Of a DNA stretch of 64,000 bases, positions 19,662 to 28,470 are shown one piece after another. The notes below the pieces were generated by a model. That model was not told the origin of the DNA, searched no databases, and saw nothing but the letters and a program-made list of their open reading frames with translations. Position numbers and translations under genes: made by a program. The DNA comes from Gemmatimonadales bacterium. Its GTDB lineage: Bacteria > Gemmatimonadota > Gemmatimonadetes > Gemmatimonadales > GWC2-71-9. The stretch covers positions 64,001-128,000 of the forward strand of contig JBFJCP010000004.1 in NCBI GenBank assembly GCA_041615815.1, given 5' to 3'. Position 1 is the stretch's first letter; each line of letters begins with the position of its first letter.

Positions 19662-21098
19662 ATGACGATTACGACACTCGATAGTCGATCGCTCGAGCCG
19701 GTGCTCGAGACCCTGCGGGCCGTCCACGAACGGTTTGCCGAACAGTATCCCGGCGAGCGGGATGCCCGTCAGGCCGTGCACACGGTCTACGGCGGAGCAC
19801 ACCTCTTCACCGCGGACGCGGCTCGCAAGCTAGGCGATGTGGCCGAACGGTTCCTGGACGAGTACGCAGGGAATTTCGCGCTCTTTGCCCGGGCCTTGCA
19901 TCTCAAGGGCTACGAATCGCTGCCGGCGGTCCCGACAGCGCTCGAGGGGGCATATCACGCCGATGCGGCGAGCCTCCGGCGTTCGAATCCGCAGGCTTGG
20001 TTCCTGTGCGCCGTGTACGAACGGGTACGGGAAAAGCTCCATCGGGAACCGGTGGAGGATTATCGCCTCGATTTCGAGGACGGGTACGGCAGTCGACCGG
20101 ACGACGAGGAGGACCGCTGCGCGGTGACGGCCGCGGCGCAAGTGGCGAAAGGCATGGACGCCGGGACCCTCCCGCCGTTCATCGGTATTCGCATCAAGCC
20201 ACTGAACCGTGATTTTGGGGGACGGGGAGTGCGCACTCTCGATCTCTTTCTGACGGCGCTCACCCGACACACCGGCGGCGCCCTCCCGCCCAATTTCGTC
20301 ATCACACTTCCCAAGGTCGTGCTCCCGGAGCAGGTGGCGGCGCTGGCAAACCTCTGCGACATCCTGGAGCCCAAGGTGGGATGCTCGGCCGGCGCGCTCC
20401 ATCTCGAGATCATGGTCGAAACACCGCAGGCCATTGTCGGGCCCGACGGATGGTCCCCACTTCCGGCGATGATCGCGGCCGCGCGCGGGCGATGCGTGGC
20501 CGCCCATTTCGGCGTCTACGATTACACCGCGAGCCTCTCGGTCACCGCGGCGCATCAGACCATGCAACACGCCCTCTGCGATCATGCGCGCCGCGCGATG
20601 CAGGTATCGCTCGCCGGGACGGGCGTTTGGCTGTCGGACGGGGCCACCAACGTGCTGCCGGTCCCGGTCCACCGCGCGGCGCAAGACGAAACCCTCACGC
20701 CGGACCAATTGGAGGCGAACCGCCAATCCGTCCATGCCGCGTGGCGGCGCCATTTCGCCGATGTGCGCCACTCGTTGATCAACGCCTATTATCAGGGGTG
20801 GGATCTGCATCCCGCGCAACTCCCCACTCGGTACGCTGCGCTTTACTCCTTTTTTCTCGAAAGTGTGGACACGGCCGCCGAACGGCTAAGGGGCTTCGTG
20901 GCCAAGGCGGGGCAAGCCACACTCGTGGGTGACGTGTTCGACGACGCGGCCACGGGGCAGGGTCTGCTCAACTTTTTCTTGCGGGGTCTCAATTGCGGCG
21001 CCATCACCGACGACGAGGCCCTGACCACGGGACTGACCTTGGATGAGCTTCGGAGCCGATCGTTCCTCAAAATCATAGAGGGGAGAAGGCGTGCATAA
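19662..21098 (+). CDS. HpcH/CitE/malate-synthase-superfamily TIM-barrel protein (DUF6986-like), function unknown
   Basis: Motifs RQAVHTVYGGAHLF, EDYRLDFEDGYG, ITLPKV, EIMVET, HFGVYDYTA, LSDGATN and YQGWDLHPAQL. Confidence 0.7.
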   Translation: MTITTLDSRSLEPVLETLRAVHERFAEQYPGERDARQAVHTVYGGAHLFTADAARKLGDVAERFLDEYAGNFALFARALHLKGYESLPAVPTALEGAYHADAASLRRSNPQAWFLCAVYERVREKLHREPVEDYRLDFEDGYGSRPDDEEDRCAVTAAAQVAKGMDAGTLPPFIGIRIKPLNRDFGGRGVRTLDLFLTALTRHTGGALPPNFVITLPKVVLPEQVAALANLCDILEPKVGCSAGALHLEIMVETPQAIVGPDGWSPLPAMIAAARGRCVAAHFGVYDYTASLSVTAAHQTMQHALCDHARRAMQVSLAGTGVWLSDGATNVLPVPVHRAAQDETLTPDQLEANRQSVHAAWRRHFADVRHSLINAYYQGWDLHPAQLPTRYAALYSFFLESVDTAAERLRGFVAKAGQATLVGDVFDDAATGQGLLNFFLRGLNCGAITDDEALTTGLTLDELRSRSFLKIIEGRRRA

Positions 21099-22365
21099 AG
21101 ACACGCGTCGCCTTGCTGCGTGGTGCGTGTACGATTGGGCGAACTCACCGTTTACCACCCTCGTCGTCACGTTCATCTACGGCACCTATTTCACGCAGGC
21201 CATTGCTCCCGACGAAATCGAGGGGACCGCGCTGTGGTCGCGCGCCATTACGGTCACGGCGCTCGTCGTGGCGCTACTGTCGCCGCTGTTGGGCGCCGCG
21301 GCGGATCGCGGGGGGTTGCGGGTGCGCTTCCTCTTGTGGTCGACGCTCATCTGTGTTGCCGCGACGGCGGCCCTGACGTATGTGGCTCCCGATGGGGCCA
21401 CGGCGGTGTACTTGGCGCTCACGCTCTTCGTCCTCGCCAACATCGCGTTCGAGATGGGGATGGTGTTCTATAACTCGTTGCTCCCGGTGGTGGCGCCCGC
21501 TGAACAGATCGGGAGAGTATCCGGCTATGGGTGGGGACTGGGCTATGTGGGGGGGCTCGCCGCGCTGGTGGTGGCACTGGTCGCGTTCATTCAGCCTGAG
21601 GTTCCCTGGTTCGGTATCACGAAGGAGGCGGGATTCCATATCCGTGCCACCAATCTCCTCGTGGCGGTCTGGTTTCTCGTCTTCAGCATTCCCTTCTTCT
21701 GGTTCGTTCGAGAGGAGCGCCGACCGAAGGTCCAGGGGGCCGCCCCCGGCGCCTTTCAGGAACTCGCGCGGACCTTTCGGGAGCTGCGGCGGTTTCGCGA
21801 AGCCGCCAAGTTTCTGCTGGCGCGGCTCATCTACAACGATGGGCTCGTGACGATCTTTGCCTTCGGTGGGATCTACGCCGCTGGGACCTTCGGGTTCAGT
21901 TTCACCGAGATTCTCATTTTCGGTATCGCCATCAACGTCGCCGCCGGAATTGGTGCCCTGCTGTTCGGATTCATTGACGACTGGATTGGTGGAAAGAAGA
22001 CCGTCTTGGTGAGTGTCGTGGCACTCGCGGTGGCGACCGCGATCGCGGCGTGGTCACCCGATCGAGCATGGTTCTGGGTGGCGGGAATGTTGATCGGGAT
22101 CTTTGCCGGTCCCAATCAGTCTGCCAGCCGATCGCTGATGGGTCGGTTCGTTCCTCGGGGGCGGCAGGCGGAGTTCTTCGGGTTCTATGCCTTTTCTGGG
22201 AAGTTCACCGCGTTTCTGGGCCCCTTGTTGCTTGGCGTTTTCACGCAGCTCACGGGCACGCAGCGGGGCGGTGTTGCCGTCGTCTTGGTGTTCTTTGTGA
22301 TCGGGGGACTTCTCATGTTTGCGGTGGACGAGCGGGCCGGGATCGCCGCCGCCTCCGAGGACTAG
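21091..22365 (+). CDS. MFS transporter (UMF1/Atg22-like)
   Basis: Motifs WCVYDWANS, FYNSLLP, RVSGYGWGLGYVGG, YNDGL and QSASRS; multi-TM. Confidence 0.9.
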   Translation: MHKDTRRLAAWCVYDWANSPFTTLVVTFIYGTYFTQAIAPDEIEGTALWSRAITVTALVVALLSPLLGAAADRGGLRVRFLLWSTLICVAATAALTYVAPDGATAVYLALTLFVLANIAFEMGMVFYNSLLPVVAPAEQIGRVSGYGWGLGYVGGLAALVVALVAFIQPEVPWFGITKEAGFHIRATNLLVAVWFLVFSIPFFWFVREERRPKVQGAAPGAFQELARTFRELRRFREAAKFLLARLIYNDGLVTIFAFGGIYAAGTFGFSFTEILIFGIAINVAAGIGALLFGFIDDWIGGKKTVLVSVVALAVATAIAAWSPDRAWFWVAGMLIGIFAGPNQSASRSLMGRFVPRGRQAEFFGFYAFSGKFTAFLGPLLLGVFTQLTGTQRGGVAVVLVFFVIGGLLMFAVDERAGIAAASED

Positions 22366-22372
22366 TCGCGCC

Positions 22373-23176
22373 TCAAGGAATGACCACGCCAGCGTAGGCG
22401 ACGACATTGCGATCGTCGCCGGTCACGGCTCCGCTATGCCGATAATCCACCACGGTCCCCTCGCGTGCCCCGAGCAGGCGCGCGGCCACGGTCGTCACCG
22501 CGACGGCCGCGCGGCCGCACATGCTGACCCGCTTGCGCCGACACACCCGGAGGAGCTCCTGACCATCCAGCTGCCGCACCGCGCGTAAGGCCGCGCGGTC
22601 CTTGCGTGCAGCGCGTTTGGCGGGCTCGTAGTGCGTCATGTCCGACGACGCCAGCAGCAGGACGGTGTCCGGCCATTGCCGCACGAGGTGGGCGAGTGCC
22701 CGTCCCAACCGCTCACATTCGGCCCAGTCGTCGAAGGCCAGGAGCAGCGGCACAATGGAGACATCGGGGGCGAGTGCGGCGAGGAATGGGAGGATGACTT
22801 CGATGGCATGCTCTCGCTGATGCGCGTGAGGGTCGTGTGCGGTCAATAGACAAGATTGTTCGAGGGCTTCGGCAAACTCTTGGGCGATCTTGACGGGGCC
22901 CATGGGTGTCTCGAAGGCACCTCGCGCCCACAGGCTCGCCCGAGACGATGTTCCGAGGGTCCCGGAGTGGTTGGGTCCGAGAATGACCACGACACGGGGA
23001 ATTTCGATGCGGGCGAACACCGACGCCGCGCAGCGGCCGGAGTAGACCAGGCCCGCGTGTGGGACGACGGCCGCCCGAACGGACCGGGTAGGCGCCCGGT
23101 ACTCGCGCAGGTATTGGTCCACCTGCTCGCGGAGTTCCGCCGGATTGCCGGTGTAGAATCGGTCGGCCACGGCCAT
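22373..23176 (-). CDS. amrB: AmmeMemoRadiSam system protein B (MEMO1 family)
   Basis: Motifs PHAGLVYSG, GPNH, EHAIEV, SSDMTHY, SMCG and VVAYAG. The true start may be a few codons upstream. Confidence 0.9.
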   Translation of the reverse strand: MAVADRFYTGNPAELREQVDQYLREYRAPTRSVRAAVVPHAGLVYSGRCAASVFARIEIPRVVVILGPNHSGTLGTSSRASLWARGAFETPMGPVKIAQEFAEALEQSCLLTAHDPHAHQREHAIEVILPFLAALAPDVSIVPLLLAFDDWAECERLGRALAHLVRQWPDTVLLLASSDMTHYEPAKRAARKDRAALRAVRQLDGQELLRVCRRKRVSMCGRAAVAVTTVAARLLGAREGTVVDYRHSGAVTGDDRNVVAYAGVVIP

Positions 23177-23214
23177 CGGCCGAATGTCGGGACGACCATC
23201 GGGGGAAACCAGGA

Positions 23215-24303
23215 TCAGTCCTGCACCCGGACGGGACGCCGTTGCCGTCCCCAGGAGCCCGGGCGGCCGCCGAACACCCCCGCACACGGCGTCCCGCAAC
23301 GCTTGCAGTGCCCGGCGTTGGTGAGTTGCCACGCGTCGAGCGAATACCAGTCGCGTCCGATGAGCAGGGCCGAACAGGTGTGGCAATACGTGCTATCCCG
23401 CGTCGGATCGTGGACATTGCCGGTGTAGACGTAGCGCAGCCCATGCCGGAGGGCGATGTCGCGAGCGCGGATGAGGGCCTCGCGAGGCGTTGACGGCGTG
23501 TCCAGCATCTTCCAATCCGGATGAAACGCCGTGAAGTGGAGGGGAACGTCTGGTCCCAGGTGCTGGACGATCCACTGCGCCTGCGCCTCGAGCTCGGGAA
23601 CCGCGTCGTTCTCCCCCGGGATCACGAGGGTGGTGATCTCGAGCCAGGTCTCGGTTTCGTGCCGTACGTATTCGAGCGTCTCGAGCACCGGCGCGAGATG
23701 GCCGGCGCAGATCTTATGATAGAAGGTGTCGCTGAAAGCCTTGAGATCGATGTTGGCCGCATCCATATGGCGGTAGAACTCTGCACGCGGCTCGGGGCAC
23801 TGGTAGCCGGCCGTCACGGCCACGGTTTTGACGCCGCGGGCCCGGCAGGCTTTCGCGACGTCGATCGCATACTCGTGGAAGACCACGGGGTCGTTGTACG
23901 TGAACGCGACGCTGGAACAGCGCCAGCGGACCGCGGTGTCGGCGACCGCGGCCGGTGAGGCGACATCGGCGAGCGTATCGATCTCACGGGACTTACTAAT
24001 ATCCCAGTTCTGACAGAACTTACAGGCGAGATTACAGCCGGCGGTTCCGAAGGAGAGAACAGGCGTGCCGGGCAGAAAATGGTAGAGCGGTTTCTTCTCG
24101 ATGGGGTCGATGCAAAAGCCGCTGGAGCGGCCGTAGGTGGTGAGCACCACCTGGGCATCGAGGGAGCGACGCACAAAACACAGGCCGCGTTGGCCCTCGC
24201 GGAGACGACAGGCGCGGGGACAGATGTCGCACTGCACCCGACCATCGTCGAGGCGGTGCCAGTACTGCGTGGGGTGGACAGATTCGGCCACAGCCGTCAT
24301 CAT
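23215..24303 (-). CDS. amrS: AmmeMemoRadiSam system radical SAM enzyme
   Basis: Motifs CDICPRAC, DPIEKKPLYHF, GCNLACKFCQNWDIS (CxxxCxxC) and YVYTGNV, plus a C-terminal pair of CxxC motifs. Confidence 0.93.
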   Translation of the reverse strand: MMTAVAESVHPTQYWHRLDDGRVQCDICPRACRLREGQRGLCFVRRSLDAQVVLTTYGRSSGFCIDPIEKKPLYHFLPGTPVLSFGTAGCNLACKFCQNWDISKSREIDTLADVASPAAVADTAVRWRCSSVAFTYNDPVVFHEYAIDVAKACRARGVKTVAVTAGYQCPEPRAEFYRHMDAANIDLKAFSDTFYHKICAGHLAPVLETLEYVRHETETWLEITTLVIPGENDAVPELEAQAQWIVQHLGPDVPLHFTAFHPDWKMLDTPSTPREALIRARDIALRHGLRYVYTGNVHDPTRDSTYCHTCSALLIGRDWYSLDAWQLTNAGHCKRCGTPCAGVFGGRPGSWGRQRRPVRVQD

Positions 24304-24335
24304 GCGATCCCTCGTCACACTATAGAATGATAACC

Positions 24336-24809
24336 ATGAAGATCGCGCTCGTTGTGGCCGGCGTTCTCGCGGGGCTCGTTGTCGTCGGGGTGACTGGGCT
24401 GTGGGTGGCCGCCCGGATCGTGCCGCGGCCGTCTGAGGTTGGCAAGCCTACCGATCGGTTGTCGCCGTGTCCGGCCTCCCCCAATTGTGTGTCGTCGCAG
24501 GGCGCCGGCGCCCGGCATGCTGCGGCGCCCCTGCCGTACACGGGGTCGCTGGACGAGGCGCTGGCGCGGCTGGTGCGGGTGTTGGAGGATCAGAAGCGCA
24601 CGGTCATTGTGACCCGGACCGACACGTATGTGCATGCCGAGGCGCGGTCCGCGCTCTTCAGGTTCGTCGATGATGTTGAGTTCGTGTTGGACGATCGTGA
24701 GAAGGTGGTGCACTTCCGGTCGGCATCGCGGGTCGGCAGGTCGGACTACGGTGTCAATCGCGCACGCATGGAGCGGATCCGCGCAGCGTTCACGGCCAGC
24801 GTGGACTAG
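24336..24809 (+). CDS. DUF1499-like membrane-anchored protein
   Basis: N-terminal TM, then LSPCPASPNCVSSQ, FRFVDDVEF and RSASRVGRSDYGVNRAR. Confidence 0.85.
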   Translation: MKIALVVAGVLAGLVVVGVTGLWVAARIVPRPSEVGKPTDRLSPCPASPNCVSSQGAGARHAAAPLPYTGSLDEALARLVRVLEDQKRTVIVTRTDTYVHAEARSALFRFVDDVEFVLDDREKVVHFRSASRVGRSDYGVNRARMERIRAAFTASVD

Positions 24810-24900
24810 TGATTACGCATTCAGCGCGGAGCACGCCGAGACCCCAGGTGAAATACGGATCCGGCTTGTAAGAGGTGGGCACTAGCGCGTGCCTACGTCA

Positions 24901-25425
24901 TTACTGCACGACGAGCCGGGCACGGAATCGGCTGGCGAGGCTCACCCGTCGCATCTCGTCGTCCGTCATCGATATCCATACGAGGTCGGCTCCGTTCACC
25001 GTGCCCTCCACCATTCTGCGGTCCACGCGCGTCACCACGAACGACAGGGTGGATTCAGCGTCATGATGCACGCCGATGTCGTTCGGTAGGCTGAGTTGCA
25101 TCACGGCACCCAATTGTTGGTCATCAACGTTGCTCAGATCCACAGGCCGGCCCACGAGATCGTCCACGCCCTGCGCGGCGGATCGCCACTGCACACTCCC
25201 GCTCGGCACGGCGGTCACGATGTTGACTGCCGCGGGATCCTGCCCGAGTGCAAAGAACACCCGTCCGTCTGGCAACGCCATCGAGACCAGATCGATCTGA
25301 CCAAATCGAAACTCTTCACCATTCACGGTTCCCCGCCAATAGGTATCGTTCCCACGACCACAGCCGATGGCCAAGACCGCGAGGACACCGGCGGCGATCG
25401 CCGCACGGGACGCTGGGTCAGTCAA
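24901..25425 (-). CDS. hypothetical lipoprotein
   Basis: Hydrophobic signal with lipobox LAIG-C. The TTG start overlaps the puuD stop. No family recognised. Confidence 0.6.
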   Translation of the reverse strand: MTDPASRAAIAAGVLAVLAIGCGRGNDTYWRGTVNGEEFRFGQIDLVSMALPDGRVFFALGQDPAAVNIVTAVPSGSVQWRSAAQGVDDLVGRPVDLSNVDDQQLGAVMQLSLPNDIGVHHDAESTLSFVVTRVDRRMVEGTVNGADLVWISMTDDEMRRVSLASRFRARLVVQ

Positions 25426-26608
25426 TCGACGCTCCCTGTTGCATCCAGCGCGCTAGCACAGTCCGCTCGTCGGGCGTCATGCCCGTGAGGTTGGCCAGAG
25501 GCATGGTCTGCGTCTCGATGGCGACGGCGCGGATCTGCTCCAGGTGCCGAGAGATTTGCTCGGGAGTGTCGAGAACCACGCCGAGTGGGGCGACGGGGAA
25601 CCCCGGTTGGGTCGGCCTTGCCGAGTGACACGGGGTGCAGCGACGCTGAATGATGTGGTGGACTTCGGCAAACGTCACGGGCTCCTCCGCCTGCGTCCCC
25701 GGTGCGGCGATGCGTGGTGCGGTGACGAACGTGAGGCCCACGATTGCGACGGCAGCGGCGGGCAGGATCCAGACGTGCTGCCGCTGCCGATTCCGGAGGT
25801 TGAAGTAATGGCGAACGCCAACTCCCACCACCGCGAGGGCGGCGAGGATGGCCCAATTATAGGGGTGCCCATAGGTGAACGGATAGTGGTTGCTCACCAT
25901 GATGAAGAGCACGGGCAAGGTCATGTAGTTGTTATGGACGGCACGGAGCGCGGCCTTCCTTCCCAGGGCAGCATCCGGCACCCGCTGCTCACGGATCGCT
26001 CTCACCATCTCCTTTTGCTGTGGGATGATCACGCGGAAGACATTGGCGGCCATGAGGGTGCCGAGCATAGCGCCCACGTGGATGTAGGCGCCGCGGCTCG
26101 AAAAAATGCGGGTCAGCCCAAAGGTAGTGGCTAGGACGAGTCCGAGGGCAGTGAGGGTGAAGGCGAGTTGGGAGTGCACGAGCGACGTGCGGCATAGAGC
26201 GTCGTACACCAGCCATCCACCCGCCAGCGTGACCAGGCTGACCACCACGGCGGCCGCGGGACGCACTCCGGAGACCGATGCATCCAAGAGAAAGGCGTCC
26301 GCTCCCAGATAGTAGATCAGCACGAGCAGAGCGAAGCCGGTGATCCAGGTGGCGTACGCCTCCCACTTGAACCAGTGGAGGGTGTCCGGGAGTCGATTGG
26401 GCGCCACGTCGTATTTGACGACGCGATAGAAGCCCCCGCCGTGCACCGACCACATTTCCCCGCCGACCCCGGGCTCTGGCGCTGCCGGACGTTCGAGGCG
26501 GCGATTCAGCCAGTTGAAGTAGAAGGAGGTTCCGATCCACGCAATGCCGACGATAACGTGGATCCACCGCAGCACGAGGTTGAGCCAGTGAGTAAGGTAG
26601 GCGTCCAC
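25418..26608 (-). CDS. puuD: membrane urate hydroxylase with C-terminal cytochrome c domain
   Basis: Motifs RWIHVIVGIAWIGTSFYF, WSVHGGGFY, LHWFKWEAY, HNNYMTLPV and SNHYP, plus haem motif CTPCH and distal MP. Confidence 0.93.
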   Translation of the reverse strand: MDAYLTHWLNLVLRWIHVIVGIAWIGTSFYFNWLNRRLERPAAPEPGVGGEMWSVHGGGFYRVVKYDVAPNRLPDTLHWFKWEAYATWITGFALLVLIYYLGADAFLLDASVSGVRPAAAVVVSLVTLAGGWLVYDALCRTSLVHSQLAFTLTALGLVLATTFGLTRIFSSRGAYIHVGAMLGTLMAANVFRVIIPQQKEMVRAIREQRVPDAALGRKAALRAVHNNYMTLPVLFIMVSNHYPFTYGHPYNWAILAALAVVGVGVRHYFNLRNRQRQHVWILPAAAVAIVGLTFVTAPRIAAPGTQAEEPVTFAEVHHIIQRRCTPCHSARPTQPGFPVAPLGVVLDTPEQISRHLEQIRAVAIETQTMPLANLTGMTPDERTVLARWMQQGASID

Positions 26609-26642
26609 GTGATCCCTACACCGAGACGAGCCACATGGGGAT

Positions 26643-26984
26643 TCAGCTTCCTCGGTAGGTCGAGTACCCGAAGGGGCTCACGAGAAGCGGTACGTGATAG
26701 TGTTGCCCGGGGCGTACCAAGAACACCACGTCCACGTACGGATAGAACCCCGGAGTGTCCTCGGCCGCGAAATATTCCGCCACCGCAAACCGCAGGCGAT
26801 ACGTGCCCGCTTGTCGGATGGCGGGCTCACTGAGGAGATCACCCACGCGTCCGTCGGCGTCGGTATGGCGCTGCGCCACCTTGGCCCAACCGCCACTGTC
26901 CCCCATGAGGTAGAGCGTAATCGCCACTCCGGCGGCAGGTTTGCCGGTGGCAGTATCGAGCACGTGCGAAGTGATAGCGCTCAT
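26643..26984 (-). CDS. uraH: 5-hydroxyisourate hydrolase (transthyretin-like)
   Basis: Motifs HVLDT, TDADGR and YHVPLL, with C-terminal YRGS. Confidence 0.96.
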   Translation of the reverse strand: MSAITSHVLDTATGKPAAGVAITLYLMGDSGGWAKVAQRHTDADGRVGDLLSEPAIRQAGTYRLRFAVAEYFAAEDTPGFYPYVDVVFLVRPGQHYHVPLLVSPFGYSTYRGS

Positions 26985-27472
26985 GAGTCGACCAGTTTGC
27001 GCAGACGGAGTTCGGTGATTTTGGCCTGCTCGCCGGCGGCCAGGCGGAGTTCGGTCCCGGGATCATTGCGCAGCCGGTGGTAGAGGGCGGTCAATATCTC
27101 CTCACCGCTTCGGCCTGTGGCGCAAATGAGAAAGATATGTCCGAACCGTTGCTCGTACGCGCGGTTGCCCTCGACGAGGGCGTCGCGTGTGTCCGTGCCG
27201 GCGCCGGCCATCCCGGCTTGCTCCTGCTCGGCCCACCCCTTAGTCCCGCGGGCACCGATCCGCGGATGATGGGCGAACGCCTCGAGCCAATCTGCCGGAT
27301 CGAGGTCCCACCAGGTCGTGCCAGCCCGCCGAAAGAGCGTCTCGTCGTCGGGATAAGGTCGCAACGCGAGCATGTGCCGGACCCAGCGGCGCGAGCCGCA
27401 ACACGAGTGGAGCACGTCCCGACACCGGTCGTCGGACAGCGCGTTGAGGTGTTGGGCGACCGTGTCGCGCAT
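26981..27472 (-). CDS. uraD: OHCU decarboxylase
   Basis: Motifs CCGSRRW, HPRIG, EQAG, YEQRFGHIFLICATG and EQAKIT. Lies between alc and uraH. Confidence 0.92.
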   Translation of the reverse strand: MRDTVAQHLNALSDDRCRDVLHSCCGSRRWVRHMLALRPYPDDETLFRRAGTTWWDLDPADWLEAFAHHPRIGARGTKGWAEQEQAGMAGAGTDTRDALVEGNRAYEQRFGHIFLICATGRSGEEILTALYHRLRNDPGTELRLAAGEQAKITELRLRKLVDS

Positions 27473-27477
27473 GTGGC

Positions 27478-28470
27478 CTATCGGTCTTGCGGCCGTCCAT
27501 AGAGTCGAAAGCGGCTCACCCCACCATCCGGGTAAATGTTCAGTCGCACGTGGGTCACCGGTGTCGGAATCTCCGGTGGTTGAAATCGGTGCTGGGTGTG
27601 GCCCTGGAGCGGCGAAGGGGGCAGGAGCGGTAACCAATCCGCCTGCTCGAGCGACTCGCCTTCGGTGGCGGAGAGGTCGCACGCGTCCACACTGCACTGC
27701 GCCGGGTAGTTCCCTTTGAAGTGGGTGGTATCGACGAGGATCTCCTCGACGATCCCCCGTCGCCCCAGACGCAGGACCACCCAATCGTGGCCAGCGTCCC
27801 GTCGCCGACGGGTCTCCCACCCGTCCCCCATGTTGGCCGCCGGTCCGGGCATGAGCAGGTTGAGCGGTTCCGAGAAGAACTCGTCACTGCATGAGAGTGG
27901 CGTCCCGCCGTGCACGGCCGCGACGAGATCTACCGGCGTGCCGGCCGCGAGGATGCGGTCCCAATCCGGCCGGGCGTCGCCGAACACCCGCAACCGGGCC
28001 ACGCCGCCGTCCGGGTAGATGTTGAGCCGCACATGCGACCATCGATGCCCCGCCGCGACCGGGAAACGGTTCTCGGTGTGGCCCTGTAGCGGGGATGGGG
28101 GCACGATCTCGGCCCAGGCGTCCGACTCGTGCAGGGCCTCCTGGGACGCACGCTCCGGAAACGTCCCAGCATCAATCGAGCAAGACGACGGATAATTGCC
28201 GCGGAAATGATTGGTGTCCACCACGATCTCCCGAATCACCCCCGGCACACCGAGGCAGATGATGCACCAATCGAATCCCGGTTCGCGGCGTCGTCGCGTC
28301 TCCCATCCGTCCATCCACTTGCCGCGGTCGGTGAACTTGTCCTCGACGAAGATACCACGGCCGGGTTTGAGGAGGTTTTCCTTGGCGCCGAAGAACTCAT
28401 CGTTCGCCACCAAGGCCTGGCCTCCCAACCGCTCGGCGGCGAGATCAAGGAGTGGGGAGGATGCGCTCAT
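27478..28470 (-). CDS. alc: allantoicase
   Basis: Two allantoicase repeats, each with DEFF, DGWETRRRR, DT.HF.GNYP and NIYPDGGV.R. Confidence 0.95.
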   Translation of the reverse strand: MSASSPLLDLAAERLGGQALVANDEFFGAKENLLKPGRGIFVEDKFTDRGKWMDGWETRRRREPGFDWCIICLGVPGVIREIVVDTNHFRGNYPSSCSIDAGTFPERASQEALHESDAWAEIVPPSPLQGHTENRFPVAAGHRWSHVRLNIYPDGGVARLRVFGDARPDWDRILAAGTPVDLVAAVHGGTPLSCSDEFFSEPLNLLMPGPAANMGDGWETRRRRDAGHDWVVLRLGRRGIVEEILVDTTHFKGNYPAQCSVDACDLSATEGESLEQADWLPLLPPSPLQGHTQHRFQPPEIPTPVTHVRLNIYPDGGVSRFRLYGRPQDR

